Shown here in pieces: positions 1 to 14,115 of a DNA stretch of 64,000 nucleotides. The notes beneath the pieces are model-generated. The model did not search any database and was not told where the DNA came from. It saw only the letters and a program-made list of their open reading frames with translations. This DNA comes from Octopus bimaculoides (taxonomy: Eukaryota): positions 32,040,150-32,104,149 of the forward strand of contig NC_069000.1 of the NCBI RefSeq assembly GCF_001194135.2. The letters run 5' to 3'. The translations under genes and the position numbers were made by a program. Position 1 is the stretch's first letter, and every line of letters starts with the position of its first letter.

Positions 1-225
1 TATTATTTCTCTTCTCCCCGCCTTCTTCTTTTCATTCAGCATTTAATTATCGTACACAACATAATTATTTAACAGTAATGTTAAAATGTCAGACTTAAAC
101 AGAATTTAGTAGTCTTTCAATTCGTTCTTTTACAGAACAAATGTCATTAACCTGTGACCGCTTTGCAAACTATTCGTTATGGTCGGTAAACTAGAAATCA
201 TTATTTACTACTACCGCCCCCACAT

Positions 226-363
226 CAGTGCTACTATTATAAATATTATTACCACTACTACTACCATTACGAACAGCACCTCTACTTCTACTCCTCCGCC
301 TACTAGTATTATCACATCCAACACAACTACCACGACCACGACCAAGTCCACTACCAACACCAT

Positions 364-410
<47 letters not shown>

Positions 411-412
411 AC
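226..412. repeat. Degenerate then pure (ACT)n trinucleotide microsatellite
   Basis: actactact run at about 363-412 with degenerate ACT/ACC units upstream; explains the Thr-rich ORF 179-442. Confidence 0.9.
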
Positions 413-1859
413 TATGCAAGAGAACTGTCATACAAGTTATAGTATAAAACATTCAATGAGATGCAAACAGGAAATCATTGTATTTCCGAGAGAATTCTCT
501 AAGGTTCTAAATTATATGAGATAAATAAAAATTATCTTTCATATCAGATGGAAGCTTAATGCAATATATACGTATAATAGCCTAGTTGCATATCAACTTA
601 TCAGATTATCGTCACGTTATCCGATGCACAGGATATCTATGCAATATCTTCATAGTGTTACATATAATATGTCTATGCATGCAATTGTAACTTTGTAGTT
701 CATGAATATTATATCCATTTCATCTGTCTGACTCTCCGTCTCCCTGTTGTTTGTTTCTCTCCATATACATATTAATATACATAAATACATACATACACAC
801 CTACATATATATAGNNNNNNNNNNNNNNNNNNNNNNNNNNNNNNNNNNNNNNNNNNNNNNNNNNNNNNNNNNNNNNNNNNNNNNNNNNNNNNNNNNNNNN
901 NNNNNNNNNNNNNNNNNNNNNNNNNNNNNNNNNNNNNNNNNNNNNNNNNNNNNNNNNNNNNNNNNNNNNNNNNNNNNNNNNNNNNNNNNNNNNNNNNNNN
1001 NNNNNNNNNNNNNNNNNNNNNNNNNNNNNNNNNNNNNNNNNNNNNNNNNNNNNNNNNNNNNNNNNNNNNNNNNNNNNNNNNNNNNNNNNNNNNNNNNNNN
1101 NNNNNNNNNNNNNNNNNNNNNNNNNNNNNNNNNNNNNNNNNNNNNNNNNNNNNNNNNNNNNNNNNNNNNNNNNNNNNNNNNNNNNNNNNNNNNNNNNNNN
1201 NNNNNNNNNNNNNNNNNNNNNNNNNNNNNNNNNNNNNNNNNNNNNNNNNNNNNNNNNNNNNNNNNNNNNNNNNNNNNNNNNNNNNNNNNNNNNNNNNNNN
1301 NNNNNNNNNNNNNNNNNNNNNNNNNNNNNNNNNNNNNNNNNNNNNNNNNNNNNNNNNNNNNNNNNNNNNNNNNNNNNNNNNNNNNNNNNNNNNNNNNNNN
1401 NNNNNNNNNNNNNNNNNNNNNNNNNNNNNNNNNNNNNNNNNNNNNNNNNNNNNNNNNNNNNNNNNNNNNNNNNNNNNNNNNNNNNNNNNNNNNNNNNNNN
1501 NNNNNNNNNNNNNNNNNNNNNNNNNNNNNNNNNNNNNNNNNNNNNNNNNNNNNNNNNNNNNNNNNNNNNNNNNNNNNNNNNNNTATATATAATGCAAGAG
1601 AGTTAGGAGTTGAGGATTCAACCCACTAAGGGATAGTATCTATCCAATATATTGGTAGGAGGGTATCCAATTATTGTTACACTAGTGTTATACCAAGTGT
1701 AATAAGTGGATGCGGGTAAAAGTGGGGTTATTTTACCCTAAACTTATATAGCAATTAGAAAATGAAGGAGAATATGCGGTATCCATCGACTTGCAGACAG
1801 TGTATTCCGTTGAATTAATTAATTTATTTTGTAACTAAAATGACAAAAACCACAATATA

Positions 1860-2880
1860 CAAATGCTTATGACATACCATGTTATATTACCAATCAAGGT
1901 TTCAACGCTTCTGTTGCTGTTCCAAATCCTATCTTTTCTCAAGGGAAAATCTGCATCTTGTGTTTCCTACCTCTTCAGTTTTCAGGCTTCTGTTCAACTC
2001 CGATCTTGTCTTAAAGTCTTCGCATTATTTTGTAGTATCCTTTTCCACACTTGCTATTTTGTAATCTTTGCCTGTGAGATATCTAGTCTTCTAGTAACTA
2101 CTACCTCTCCTGCGTAGATCAATAAGTTAGTAACTCTTATATGTTTAATATCTATCCTACTCATAACAGAATGTACTTTCCTAGTCCTTTGTAGCAGCTT
2201 CCTTCAGTTGGTGCCTTTTAATGCTTTCAATATATTTTTCTTACTTCTTTACTCATTACTTCCTGCAAATCATCTAAAATCTTCTGATGTTCCTCATTTA
2301 TATTACTTAAATCGCTGGTGTCAGTTGTCCCTTCCTTATTGGTAGTACTATTATTATTAGTTTTCCTTTAGGGTCTTCTTTGGCTTGAGTTGTATCTCTT
2401 ATGTTGTTGTTTATCTTTCCTACTGCCTAGTCTTTCTTTCCCAGCTCTATTGTGGTTTCTTGTGGACCCTTGTGATCGTCTACCTCCACTTCTGTCATCC
2501 ACTTTCTTCTCCTAATAGCATTAGCTTGATCTACTAATCTCTGCTGAGTCACTTTAAACATACCCTTCTCTACCCAAAGTGTTAACATCTGTTTTCTATG
2601 GCCCGTTCTTTTAACTTCACTTTCTAAGTACCACTGCATCACTATCCTGCTTTCTTCGTAGGTCCACTTCCTCCTCTTTACTCTCTTATCTGCTGCTGAT
2701 GTATTAGGGTAACAGTTGTTGTCAGTCTACATTTTTACTGAGCCACTGTCGAGCGAGAGGCCTTCCGTTAAAGGTCCAGCGTCATTTTCGCTGTTTCTCA
2801 CAAAATGAGATACGGTAACATTCGAAACTAACATCATCTCCACTATTATTTTTCGACATATGATAGTTTGAAGCAACATT
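1860..2880 (-). mobile_element. Decayed 5' part (N-terminal region) of an R4/Dong-type non-LTR retrotransposon
   Basis: Minus-strand translation RRKWTYEESRIVMQWYLESEVKRTGHRKQMLTLWVEKGMFKVTQQRLVDQANAIRRRKWMTEVE resembles the conserved N-terminus of R4-clade elements; continues with stops and frameshifts to about 1860. Confidence 0.7.
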
Positions 2881-4289
2881 CTATTGCATCATTTGTTGCA
2901 CGTACATATATACATATATGCATACACACACACACACACATTTATATATATGTATATATGTATGTGAGTGTGTGTGCGCGCACGCGCATGTGTTGGGTGG
3001 AGAGAGATAGAGAGATAGAGAGAGAAATAGATAGATAGATAAATAGATAGATATTATAGATAGGTAATTATGTGTTTTTATGCTGGATTATTTCCTCGTG
3101 CCTGAATGGTTAGACGGCTACACTTGTTGACCGCAGTCATATATAAGAATGAAATAAATATTTCAGACACATTTATATACCGTTTAATAATCTGAATGGA
3201 GGCAATGCAAGCGGAACCTAGAGCAACATAATTAATAACCACACACAAAATCAAATATATATATATATATATATATATATANNNNNNNNNNNNNNNNNNN
3301 NNNNNNNNNNNNNNNNNNNNNNNNNNNNNNNNNNNNNNNNNNNNNNNNNNNNNNNNNNNNNNNNNNNNNNNNNNNNNNNNNNNNNNNNNNNNNNNNNNNN
3401 NNNNNNNNNNNNNNNNNNNNNNNNNNNNNNNNNNNNNNNNNNNNNNNNNNNNNNNNNNNNNNNNNNNNNNNNNNNNNNNNNNNNNNNNNNNNNNNNNNNN
3501 NNNNNNNNNNNNNNNNNNNNNNNNNNNNNNNNNNNNNNNNNNNNNNNNNNNNNNNNNNNNNNNNNNNNNNNNNNNNNNNNNNNNNNNNNNNNNNNNNNNN
3601 NNNNNNNNNNNNNNNNNNNNNNNNNNNNNNNNNNNNNNNNNNNNNNNNNNNNNNNNNNNNNNNNNNNNNNNNNNNNNNNNNNNNNNNNNNNNNNNNNNNN
3701 NNNNNNNNNNNNNNNNNNNNNNNNNNNNNNNNNNNNNNNNNNNNNNNNNNNNNNNNNNNNNNNNNNNNNNNNNNNNNNNNNNNNNNNNNNNNNNNNNNNN
3801 NNNNNNNNNNNNNNNNNNNNNNNNNNNNNNNNNNNNNNNNNNNNNNNNNNNNNNNNNNNNNNNNNNNNNNNNNNNNNNNNNNNNNNNNNNNNNNNNNNNN
3901 NNNNNNNNNNNNNNNNNNNNNNNNNNNNNNNNNNNNNNNNNNNNNNNNNNNNNNNNNNNNNNNNNNNNNNNNNNNNNNNNNNNNNNNNNNNNNNNNNNNN
4001 NNNNNNNNNNNNNNNNNNNNNNNNNNNNNNNNNNNNNNNNNNNNNNNNNNNNNNNNNNNNNNNNNNNNNNNNNNNNNNNNNNNNNNNNNNNNNNNNNNNN
4101 NNNNNNNNNNNNNNNNNNNNNNNNNNNNNNNNNNNNNNNNNNNNNNNNNNNNNNNNNNNNNNNNNNNNNNNNNNTATATATATATATATGCATGTGTGTG
4201 TGTATACATACATATATCCCTGTATGCATAACTATGATATATGTGTGTGTGAGTGTGAGTGTGAGTGTGTGTGAGTGTGCTGGTATGTG

Positions 4290-4500
4290 AGTTTGTGTCT
4301 CTACAGTTCTTGTGTATATGGTGTCCTATGGGTTACCGTGTGTTTGACTTACTGTTGCTTATCATTGTGCATGAAACGTCTCCATTTCCCCCATACAGAA
4401 CATGAGAATAAATACAAGTTGGGCCTACGCATGACATTACTATGTTATTGCGATGCTTGTGTGGTGTTAACGAAGCTCTACATCGACTTTCCTAACAGTC
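4290..4500 (-). mobile_element. Possible highly decayed GIY-YIG (PLE) fragment
   Basis: Minus frame TPHKHRNNIVMSCVGPTC..YGG....SKSNTR*PIGHHIH loosely follows the NNIVY..C..C..YxGE...H..H pattern; weak. Confidence 0.3.
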
Positions 4501-5253
4501 AAATGAAAGCATGGCTGAGTTAATTCTGTGATAACGATAATGATGAATATGGTGGTGATGTTGATGAATCGTCTTAATGTTGCATTAATCAGTTTCTCAT
4601 CACCAACAACTTGGCGTCAGCTTACTTCAAACTCTGTGACCACTAAAAGATAAACACGTTTTGATGGTCTCTAACTGCAATAAAAACCTAGGATACGCAG
4701 CTCATTCCGGCAGTCTGTCTTTGGACCAAAGCAAGTCCTATTTTCAATCACATAATCTGAATCTACCCAATGAGAATGATTTGTAACTTGACTCGTAATA
4801 TTGGACACAGCTCAGCTTTTAGAAATGAAACATTAGTGCTGCATCCGCTTATCTGTATACCTTACTTGCTAAGATAACAGTATAAAATGTTTCATCATAT
4901 ATTCTCAATTTATCCACGGCACTCTCTCTTGATTAGAAATTTATCTCAATAAAAGTTTTCTTCATTATCTTAACAATCATATCATGTGGCTAATTATATA
5001 ATCTATGCATTGGATAAGGATGTATATATGTATGTACGTATGCATATATGTATGAATGTATTTCTATCTATCTTTCCCAAAACATTAATGTGTGTATGTA
5101 TATATGTATATACATATATACACATGTGTGTATGTATGTAGACACATATATATACACATATGCATATAATATATATATGTATATTTCCAGATGCATTGTA
5201 TATATGTATCAATGTATGTATGTGTGCATATGTGTATATATATATATATGTAC

Positions 5254-5303
<50 letters not shown>

Positions 5304-5320
5304 ATATATGAGATATTTAT

Positions 5321-5357
<37 letters not shown>

Positions 5358-6048
5358 TATTTATTAACTATATTTATTATATATATATATAGCTTTTGAT
5401 AATAGCTTTTGTAGATTTTGAATAGGCCTTTCATATTATACATAATGTTTGCCGGAAGGTATATCAAAGTATGTTGAATAAGTGTAGACAGTTAGCTCTC
5501 AGATGATGTTGTAGTTGAGAGTGGAATTGAATAAATAATTCGCGGAAAATATTTGATAGATTTACATTATGATATTGTTTTATTTAGTAATTAAAGATAA
5601 AAAATATCTGACTTGTTGAGAGGCTTGAAAAAATGGTTAAACAAAACAAGAAGAAAGTTATCATTGAATGGGTACACACTTGAACAATTTAAGTCTGTAG
5701 GAACTTTTATAGAAAATTATGGTGCTTAAGAAACTGAATTTCCTTAAAGATTTAACATAAGTGATCTAAGAATGGGAATGCTTTTTATTATGGAGAATAA
5801 TATAGAGTGGAGATTTATACGGGAATGAAACTCTAACGGCCACTATGAATGAGAGAAGTAGTTTCGCATAAAATGAAAGGTATGTCTAATCGGTTTGACC
5901 TGTTTGAAGATAGGGATAAGAATGAACATGGCTTTGTGAGAATACATGAAGACCCTGTGCGTGAAATGGCGTCGGAGGTAGTAGTAACATACACACATGT
6001 ATGTGTATACACCGCACACACATACACACATACACACACACACACAGA

Positions 6049-6351
<303 letters not shown>

Positions 6352-6918
6352 TTGCGGGCACATAGAAGCACACACATCACACATGCACTGACACTCAAAA
6401 GCATGCCTCATCAAACAAGCGAAGGTGTGATTATCATTATCCTTACAGTGAGAATTACGACGCCGTAACTGATCTCTGATATGTTTCACGTTACTTAATT
6501 CTTATGCTTCGTAGGAAACCGTTAATTAGAAGCAAATCCTTCACTCGAATATCGTAGATTGCAACATTCGAGCGATCACAAAGAACGAATGCACGTCACA
6601 GATACAAGCCAAACATTTAGTCTACCTTAGACCATACTTGTCTATAATCACACTGGCTAACTAGCACACATATTCACAGAGTGGTAGAATGACGAAGAAC
6701 GTAGCCTCTGGTTCCATGAGTTTTATTTTAATTCGTCAACTTTGTATAAATATGTGTTAACTGATGTGAACGAAGTATGTTAGATTTGGTGATGTCGGAA
6801 TTTTTGAATTTATGTGGATACGAATTAGCAAACAGTATTGGTGCTGTCCTCCTCGTCTTATTACACTATTTACACCTCTAACACCACCATCTACACCTCC
6901 TCTTCTTCCACTCCCCCA

Positions 6919-7342
6919 TTCTTCTTCTTCTTCTTCTTCTTCTTCTTCTTCTTCTTCTTCTTCTTCTTCTGCTTCTTCTCCTCCTCCACCTCCTTCTCCT
7001 CCTTCTTCTCCTCCTCCTCCTCCTTCTCCTTCTCCTCCTTCTCCTCCTTCTCCTCCTTCTCCTCCTTCTTCTCCTCCTCCTCCTTCTCTTCCTCCTCCTC
7101 CTCCTCCTTCTTCGTCTTCTTCTTCTTCTTCTTCTTCTTCTTCTTCTTCTTCTTCTTCTTCTTCTTCTTCTTCTTNNNNNNNNNNNNNNNNNNNNNNNNN
7201 NNNNNNNNNNNNNNNNNNNNNNNNNNNNNNNNNNNNNNNNNNNNNNNNNNNNNNNNNNNNNNNNNNNNNNNNNNNNNNNNNNNNNNNNNNNNNNNNNNNN
7301 NNNNNNNNNNNNNNNNNNNNNNNNNNNNNNNNNNNNTCAATA

Positions 7343-7394
<52 letters not shown>

Positions 7395-7405
7395 TATTAT
7401 CAATA

Positions 7406-7445
<40 letters not shown>

Positions 7446-7456
7446 TATTATCAATA

Positions 7457-7495
<39 letters not shown>

Positions 7496-7515
7496 GTAGT
7501 AGTAGTAGTAGTAGT
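6919..7515. repeat. (CTT)n/(CCT)n polypyrimidine tract, gap, then (ATT)n/(AGT)n
   Basis: Direct inspection; explains the poly-E/P/S/K/N ORFs. Confidence 0.95.
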
Positions 7516-8879
7516 TAGAGTAGTAGTAGGGCAGCGTACTGTTAAAATCGTTTGCACGACGGAGGAAACATTCTTCGTGATTTGTCTTCCAAGGATTTTT
7601 ACATCTTTACTTGTAATATTGAAATATACCGGGAAGGTAAACTTTGCCTCTCGTCCTCTTCAGAACGATAAAATATGCACCTCTTTCTTTTTAATTTTTA
7701 CTTTCTTTTTTTCTGCTTTCAAATTACTAAGCACACTGTGAAAATAGTCAATGGTTTTTACATTTCTCGGCGTGCATCCCGCATGCATAAAGACATGGGA
7801 TTGTTCTGATTCGTTTCAGGCCGAATCCTCTGCTCGATGTTATTGGCTAACCCCGTTACCTAAATTGATGATGAAGATGATGATGATTAATGCTGGGAGC
7901 TAATAAGTTCATTAGCAAACCAGATAAAATTTTTAGCGGCATTACTTCCGGCCCTTTACGTTCTTAGTTGAAATACTGAAATATTTAGCTGAGATCAACC
8001 TTGCCTCTCGGCCTCTCAGTTACAATAAAATGAGTACCAGTCTACTATTACCGTGTTTTTTAAAAAAAAATTTTCGGTTTTCAAATTGCTGTAAAAATAG
8101 TCAATGGTAGATTTTTAGTGGCATTTCTTCTGGTTCTTTACGTTCTGAGATCTTACTCTGCCGTGGTCGACTTTGTCCGTCATCCTTTGGGGTCGATAAA
8201 AGAAATACCAAGCATGTGATTTTTACCTCCCTTCAAAATTGGTGGTCTTGTGCTCAAAGTAAAAAAAAAAAAACTACTACAACTTGTTTGATAGTATTAT
8301 TATTAGAATGCCGTCATCATCATTGCTGTCGATATTGATGTCCTAGTAGGGGTTTTGTAGGGGTTTTGTAGCTAATGTCACTATCGCGCATTTGTCGAAT
8401 CGAAAAAGCAATGGAATGAATAATATTACTTTATTTTATTTATGATCAGTATTAAAATCCTTTGACTGTTCGACATTATATTCCTCCGTNNNNNNNNNNN
8501 NNNNNNNNNNNNNNNNNNNNNNNNNNNNNNNNNNNNNNNNNNNNNNNNNNNNNNNNNNNNNNNNNNNNNNNNNNNNNNNNNNNNNNNNNNNNNNNNNNNN
8601 NNNNNNNNNNNNNNNNNNNNNNNNNNNNNNNNNNNNNNNNNNNNNNNNNNNNNNNNNNNNNNNNNNNNNNNNNNNNNNNNNNNNNNNNNNNNNNNNNNNN
8701 NNNNNNNNNNNNNNNNNNNNNNNNNNNNNNNNNNNNNNNNNNNNNNNNNNNNNNNNTATATATATATATATATATGAAAAAGCTTACATGTATGTATATT
8801 ACCAATCTTTTCGGGACATTGAGTAGCGCTCAGGAAATATATTGACGACTCTCTGTCGTAATAGAAAACCAAAATCGAC

Positions 8880-9360
8880 AAAGGGAAAAACCAAATATTT
8901 AAGAGGTCTCGTAATGCACATGTTTCTCGTAAAAATCATGAGAGGTACTTCAACGAACGGAATGTTACGCTTATAAATAATTCAAAACAATTTAAGCAAC
9001 GAACATCATAAGAGGTATGACAATTTGAGGATTGTAAATGATTTCGTTTCCACACCAATGACATCAAACTAAGATGAATAGAAAGCTATCCATGTTGAAG
9101 CGATTGCTAGCAATGGCATTTGTGTACAGTGAAATGAGATGTGAATATCCTGGTTCCTGAAAGACATATGGTCAAACAATTGTTGGTGATATGAGATTTT
9201 TCGGACACTGGTGGAGGAGTTGTGGTACGGAACTTTGTGACGGAGTCACAAGAAACTCTTTTGTTCACGTCTTTAATTGCTCCAATTTAGAAACGTTCGA
9301 CGAGGGAAGTGTACGATGTGAATGTCCATGAACCCGTTACAAGTGGTTATAGTGTTTAAC
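8880..9360 (-). mobile_element. Possible decayed PLE RT-thumb fragment
   Basis: Minus frames give NGF..I and KVPYHNSSTSVRKI, reminiscent of PLE NGY...PY..S..IRK; very degenerate. Confidence 0.25.
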
Positions 9361-9840
9361 GTGATTTAAGTGCTTAACAATTGTGAATTATACGTTTTGT
9401 ACAATATGTACAATATGTGTAACGAAATATAGTTGAACAATGCTATTCTGCCTTCAATAACTAAACAGGAAAACCCAGCAAGAACAGCAACAGCATCGAG
9501 AATAAATAAAATGAAAGGACAGATCAGGAAAAATAACCCACAAGACCAACAAGCGAGCAAACAAAGCACCAACCAAAAGCATAAAAAAACTATTCGCTAA
9601 AAAATTGGAATTAAATGGAATTAAGTGGAATTAAATATAAAATACAGAAAAGAAAAAGAAAATAATTATTTTCCTTAGTCTAATCTATTTGAGTTTATTT
9701 TATTGTCTCATGTGCATGAAACACATGCACTGTTTCTATTTCCATTCGCTTGTTATTACTGAGTATTCAGTTAATCATTTAACCACTTAACTAATATATT
9801 GCTTGATTAATTGTATGGGTAATCAATCATTCAGCTATGC

Positions 9841-9948
9841 TCATCAGAATTCTTTCGTGGCTGTTCGCGACCTCATCAGTGACATATCTTCGATACTTTT
9901 GGTCATGTCATATATGAGTTAGCGAACGGCCACAAACATCTCTGATGA
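9841..9948. mobile_element. Small fold-back element with a hammerhead motif in each arm
   Basis: Imperfect arms of about 40 bp (tcatcagaattctttcgtggctgttcgcgacctcat versus atgagttagcgaacggccacaaacatctctgatga). Minus arm 9841-9885 reads tgtca CTGATGA ggtcgcgaacagccac GAAA gaat TC tgatg. Confidence 0.6.
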
Positions 9949-11260
9949 ATCTAGCTGGCGTTAACTAGTTGACTAATAATAATGATAAAATAAATTAATA
10001 CAACCAGTGTGTGCTTCTTACTGGTATAATGACCCTCTCAACAAACAACAAATCTCGTTGAATGCATCATTTCAACTTCAATCATTGTATCTTGCGAACC
10101 AAGTGCAAAACCGAAGTGATTATTTTTGACTTATTAGATGGTCGTTATTTCATCGGACTTTTTAAAATGTAATAAGTGGATATCTGAATATTTTTATGTA
10201 CAACCCCATTCTAATTTTTCTAAATTACAAACAACACTGAGAAATGTAGTAAAAAGTAAAAAGTAAATTTCTTGAAACAGAAATTTATCATAGTTAAACC
10301 AACATAATTTTCTGCCCACGGAGATATTAATAGCTGATTCTAACTATATTAAACACGAACCAAGTCTCGTCTAATTTGCATGGCCGTGCATTCATTGACA
10401 ACGTGCTTAATGAATTATTTAAGCTGATCAGAGCGCGTATATATATATATATATATATATATTCATATCAGTATATATGTGCATATATATGTGTATATAT
10501 ATATANNNNNNNNNNNNNNNNNNNNNNNNNNNNNNNNNNNNNNNNNNNNNNNNNNNNNNNNNNNNNNNNNNNNNNNNNNNNNNNNNNNNNNNNNNNNNNN
10601 NNNNNNNNNNNNNNNNNNNNNNNNNNNNNNNNNNNNNNNNNNNNNNNNNNNNNNNNNNNNNNNNNNNNNNNNNNNNNNNNNNNNNNNNNNNNNNNNNNNN
10701 NNNNNNNNNNNNNNNNNNNNNNNNNNNNNNNNNNNNNNNNNNNNNNNNNNNNNNNNNNNNNNNNNNNNNNNNNNNNNNNNNNNNNNNNNNNNNNNNNNNN
10801 NNNNNNNNNNNNNNNNNNNNNNNNNNNNNNNNNNNNNNNNNNNNNNNNNNNNNNNNNNNNNNNNNNNNNNNNNNNNNNNNNNNNNNNNNNNNNNNNNNNN
10901 NNNNNNNNNNNNNNNNNNNNNNNNNNNNNNNNNNNNNNNNNNNNNNNNNNNNNNNNNNNNNNNNNNNNNNNNNNNNNNNNNNNNNNNNNNNNNNNNNNNN
11001 NNNNNNNNNNNNNNNNNNNNNNNNNNNNNNNNNNNNNNNNNNNNNNNNNNAAAATATATAGTCAATACACGTATATTAAAAACTTCAGATTATTCAATAT
11101 ATAGTGTTGTTTATAAATAATTAATAAATATATTGATTTTTGTCTAAGATTGTAAAATTCTATCGGCTTTTTACTCTTTTACTGACAACTCTTTCTTTTC
11201 ATTTTACTTATGGAATCAACAAATAACATTGTAAATACATCTTTTTAAAAAACTTCGTTT

Positions 11261-11335
11261 TCTTCTTCTTCTTCTTCTTCTTCTTCTTCTTCTTCTTCTT
11301 CTTCTTCTTCTTCTTCTTCTTCTTCTTCTTCTTCT
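11261..11335. repeat. (TTC)n microsatellite
   Basis: Direct inspection. Confidence 0.95.
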
Positions 11336-13389
11336 CATCAAAATCAACATTATCATTTTTTTACTTTTCCTCTCTTTCTAAATCATCATTACCACCATCA
11401 CTAGGACCAGACAACAGCTGGTCGTTGATGATATTGACCAAGCCCTCTTATCAAAACATTTATAGCCTAAATCATATGATGAAAAAATATATTATTCTTA
11501 TCAAGGGTCTCATCCAAGCGCAGATCTTAAAAACTCGAGGACAAATACAGCTTCGTAACCTGTCCAGTAATTTACCGGGTTTGCTATGGGGAAATTAATG
11601 TAAAAATATAATGAAGAAATACAAACTGGATGAATGAAAGAAGCACTTCCTAAAATCAAGTAAATCCCAAGTCTAATGGAAATATAAAATGTGAAATGAG
11701 AAATAAAAGGATGAAATATTCTTCCACTATTTTAACCCTTTCTTTGACATTTCGTCCCCTTATACTTCTTGTTTTTCTTCATTTTTCTCTTCTTTGTTTC
11801 CCTCTCACTTCCCATCTCACACTGTTTCTCTGTCTCTTAATCTGTCTCTAGCTGTGTCTCACTCACTCACTCACTGTCTCCCTCTCTCTCTCTCTTTCTC
11901 TCTCTTAATTCCACCTCCTAAACACATGGGCTCTCAAATATTAAGAAAAACTAAGACCCTGTTCTTCCTTGTTAATTTTGTCTCAATTACAACTACTTTA
12001 ACCCCATATTCTGCTTAATTCCCGCCTCTAGCCAATGCTTTCGTCAACTTTCATTATGATTTTATTTATTCATCACATTTTTCAATAACTGAATTTTAAG
12101 TTGCATCGATCTCAACGAATGAATAATAGCAAACCCGTTTGAAAATGAAATGTTAGCTTGCTTATGCAAGAAACTCCAAATAAACGACTGTTAAGAAAAG
12201 AACACACACACACATACACGCACTATATATATATATATATNNNNNNNNNNNNNNNNNNNNNNNNNNNNNNNNNNNNNNNNNNNNNNNNNNNNNNNNNNNN
12301 NNNNNNNNNNNNNNNNNNNNNNNNNNNNNNNNNNNNNNATATATATAGACAAAACTTACTTGAATAATTTTTCTATCGTCTTGGCTCAACAACCCTCACC
12401 GTTTGTTTTTACTGTCTTGTTCTGACTGTCCTGTTCTTGTTAACACTTTCACCGCAAAAAATCGCACATTTTATTTAATTTGCTTTGCGGGAATGTCTCT
12501 TCCAACGAAGTCGCGTATTGTCCTTGCCTTCGAAATGCGGAGTAGATGAAACAGGGACAACTGACGAAGGGGTATACTCTTTATGTTGCATATCTCGTTT
12601 CTCTGTTTGTTTTTATCGTTGTTCGAAAAATGTTCGTTTTCTATGTTTTCGCTTTTATGTTTTCGTTTCTCATTGTGTTCAACGTTTTTTTTTTTTGATG
12701 TCCTGTACCCATATATGCAAGTATGTATACATATAGATGTAGGTGTGCACATAGATGTATGGATATATGCATATATTTATATATTATTTATATTAATATA
12801 TTATTTATATTATATATATACACACACACACACGCACACGCACACACATATTATACATTTGAACAAGCTGGATCATTACTGCGGTAGGCAAAGTGTCATG
12901 GCATTTTTACGCCATTACCAAACATTTTGTCCTTACTCAAAATGTGTATTTCATCCTTTTGAGTCGATAAAATCAGTACCAGTCAACTAATGGAGTCGTT
13001 ATAATCAACTAAACCTCTTCTTCTGAAGCGGCTGAAATTTTGCCAACATTTTGAACTGTTATTACTAATATCTGTGTTATTGCTGTTATATTTATGTTGT
13101 CACAATGAACTAAAATAAAAAATAAATTATGAAAGCCCGAGGATGGTGCTTTCAAAATGTCAGTAAATGAACCTTTAATATATTGATGTCTATACTCTGT
13201 CCAGTCAACGTCATTTCAATAGAGTTTTTCGTTGTTCTTTTTTTTTTGTCTGTATGTATTTGTTCATTTTCAAGAAGGCTGTCATTAAAATACAATTTTG
13301 CTTGCGACTTTTATCTTGTGTTTTGTCTTAGTTGTGTAAGAAGACAGAAATTTTAACCGTTATTTTCTATAAGGGGAACAGTTAGAATG

Positions 13390-13562
13390 GCTTCTTCTTC
13401 TTCTTCTTCTTCTTCTTCTTCTTCTTCTTCTTCTTCTTCTTCTTCTTCTTCTTCTTCTTCTTCTTCTTCTTCTTCTTCTTCTTCTTCTTCTTCTTCTTCT
13501 TCTTCTTCTTCTTCTTCTTCTTCTTCTTCTTCTTCTTCTTCTTCTTCTTCTTCTTCTTCTTC
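13390..13562. repeat. Long pure (TTC)n microsatellite (about 170 bp)
   Basis: Direct inspection; source of the poly-E/K/S ORFs. Confidence 0.97.
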
Positions 13563-14000
13563 TCCGTGGTCGTTGTCATCATCTTTGTCGTCATCATCGT
13601 CGCCGTCGTTGTCTGTCTTTGTTGTCGTCCATGACATTCCGGTTCTTGACACAGAACACTTCAACAAGAAAGTTTCAATCAAAGAAATACTGAATGCCAA
13701 CCAATTACCTTTCAATGTTTAGTATCAAAGAAATATCCGTTTGAGCGAAACTACTTATCACACAATATTTTTGTCGTCTAAAACACCTGTTCCCTCGTCC
13801 ATATCTATATGTTTTGGAAGCGGTAAGGTAATGCAAACAAGAAAAATAGAAATCAAAATACGAGTAAATGTACATTTGTATTAATATTTAGCAGAAGCAA
13901 CAGTGACTCGAGGAGCGAGATTTTCTTGCATCAGCATTTTCAAACTTTACAATGTTATATTATAACATATAACTGTGTGTGTGTGTGTGTATGTATAAGC

Positions 14001-14084
14001 TAATGTATCCCGGTTTGGTAGATCGGGTACATATACATATATATATGTATGTGTGTGTGTGTGTGTGTGTGTGTAGGTGTGTGT

Positions 14085-14115
<31 letters not shown>

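Noticed and set aside
136-185. Possible + strand exon (QMSLTCDRFANYSLWS)
   Set aside because: Weak donor, short, no homology or partner exon.
4353-4491. Minus-strand exon-like segment (ag..gtaagt, open frame)
   Set aside because: The frame continues with a relic-like pattern beyond the donor, better explained as a decayed GIY-YIG; unresolved.
8346-8371. gtaggggttttgtaggggttttgtag as a telomeric repeat
   Set aside because: Only two 11-bp units and not TTAGGG; a simple local duplication.
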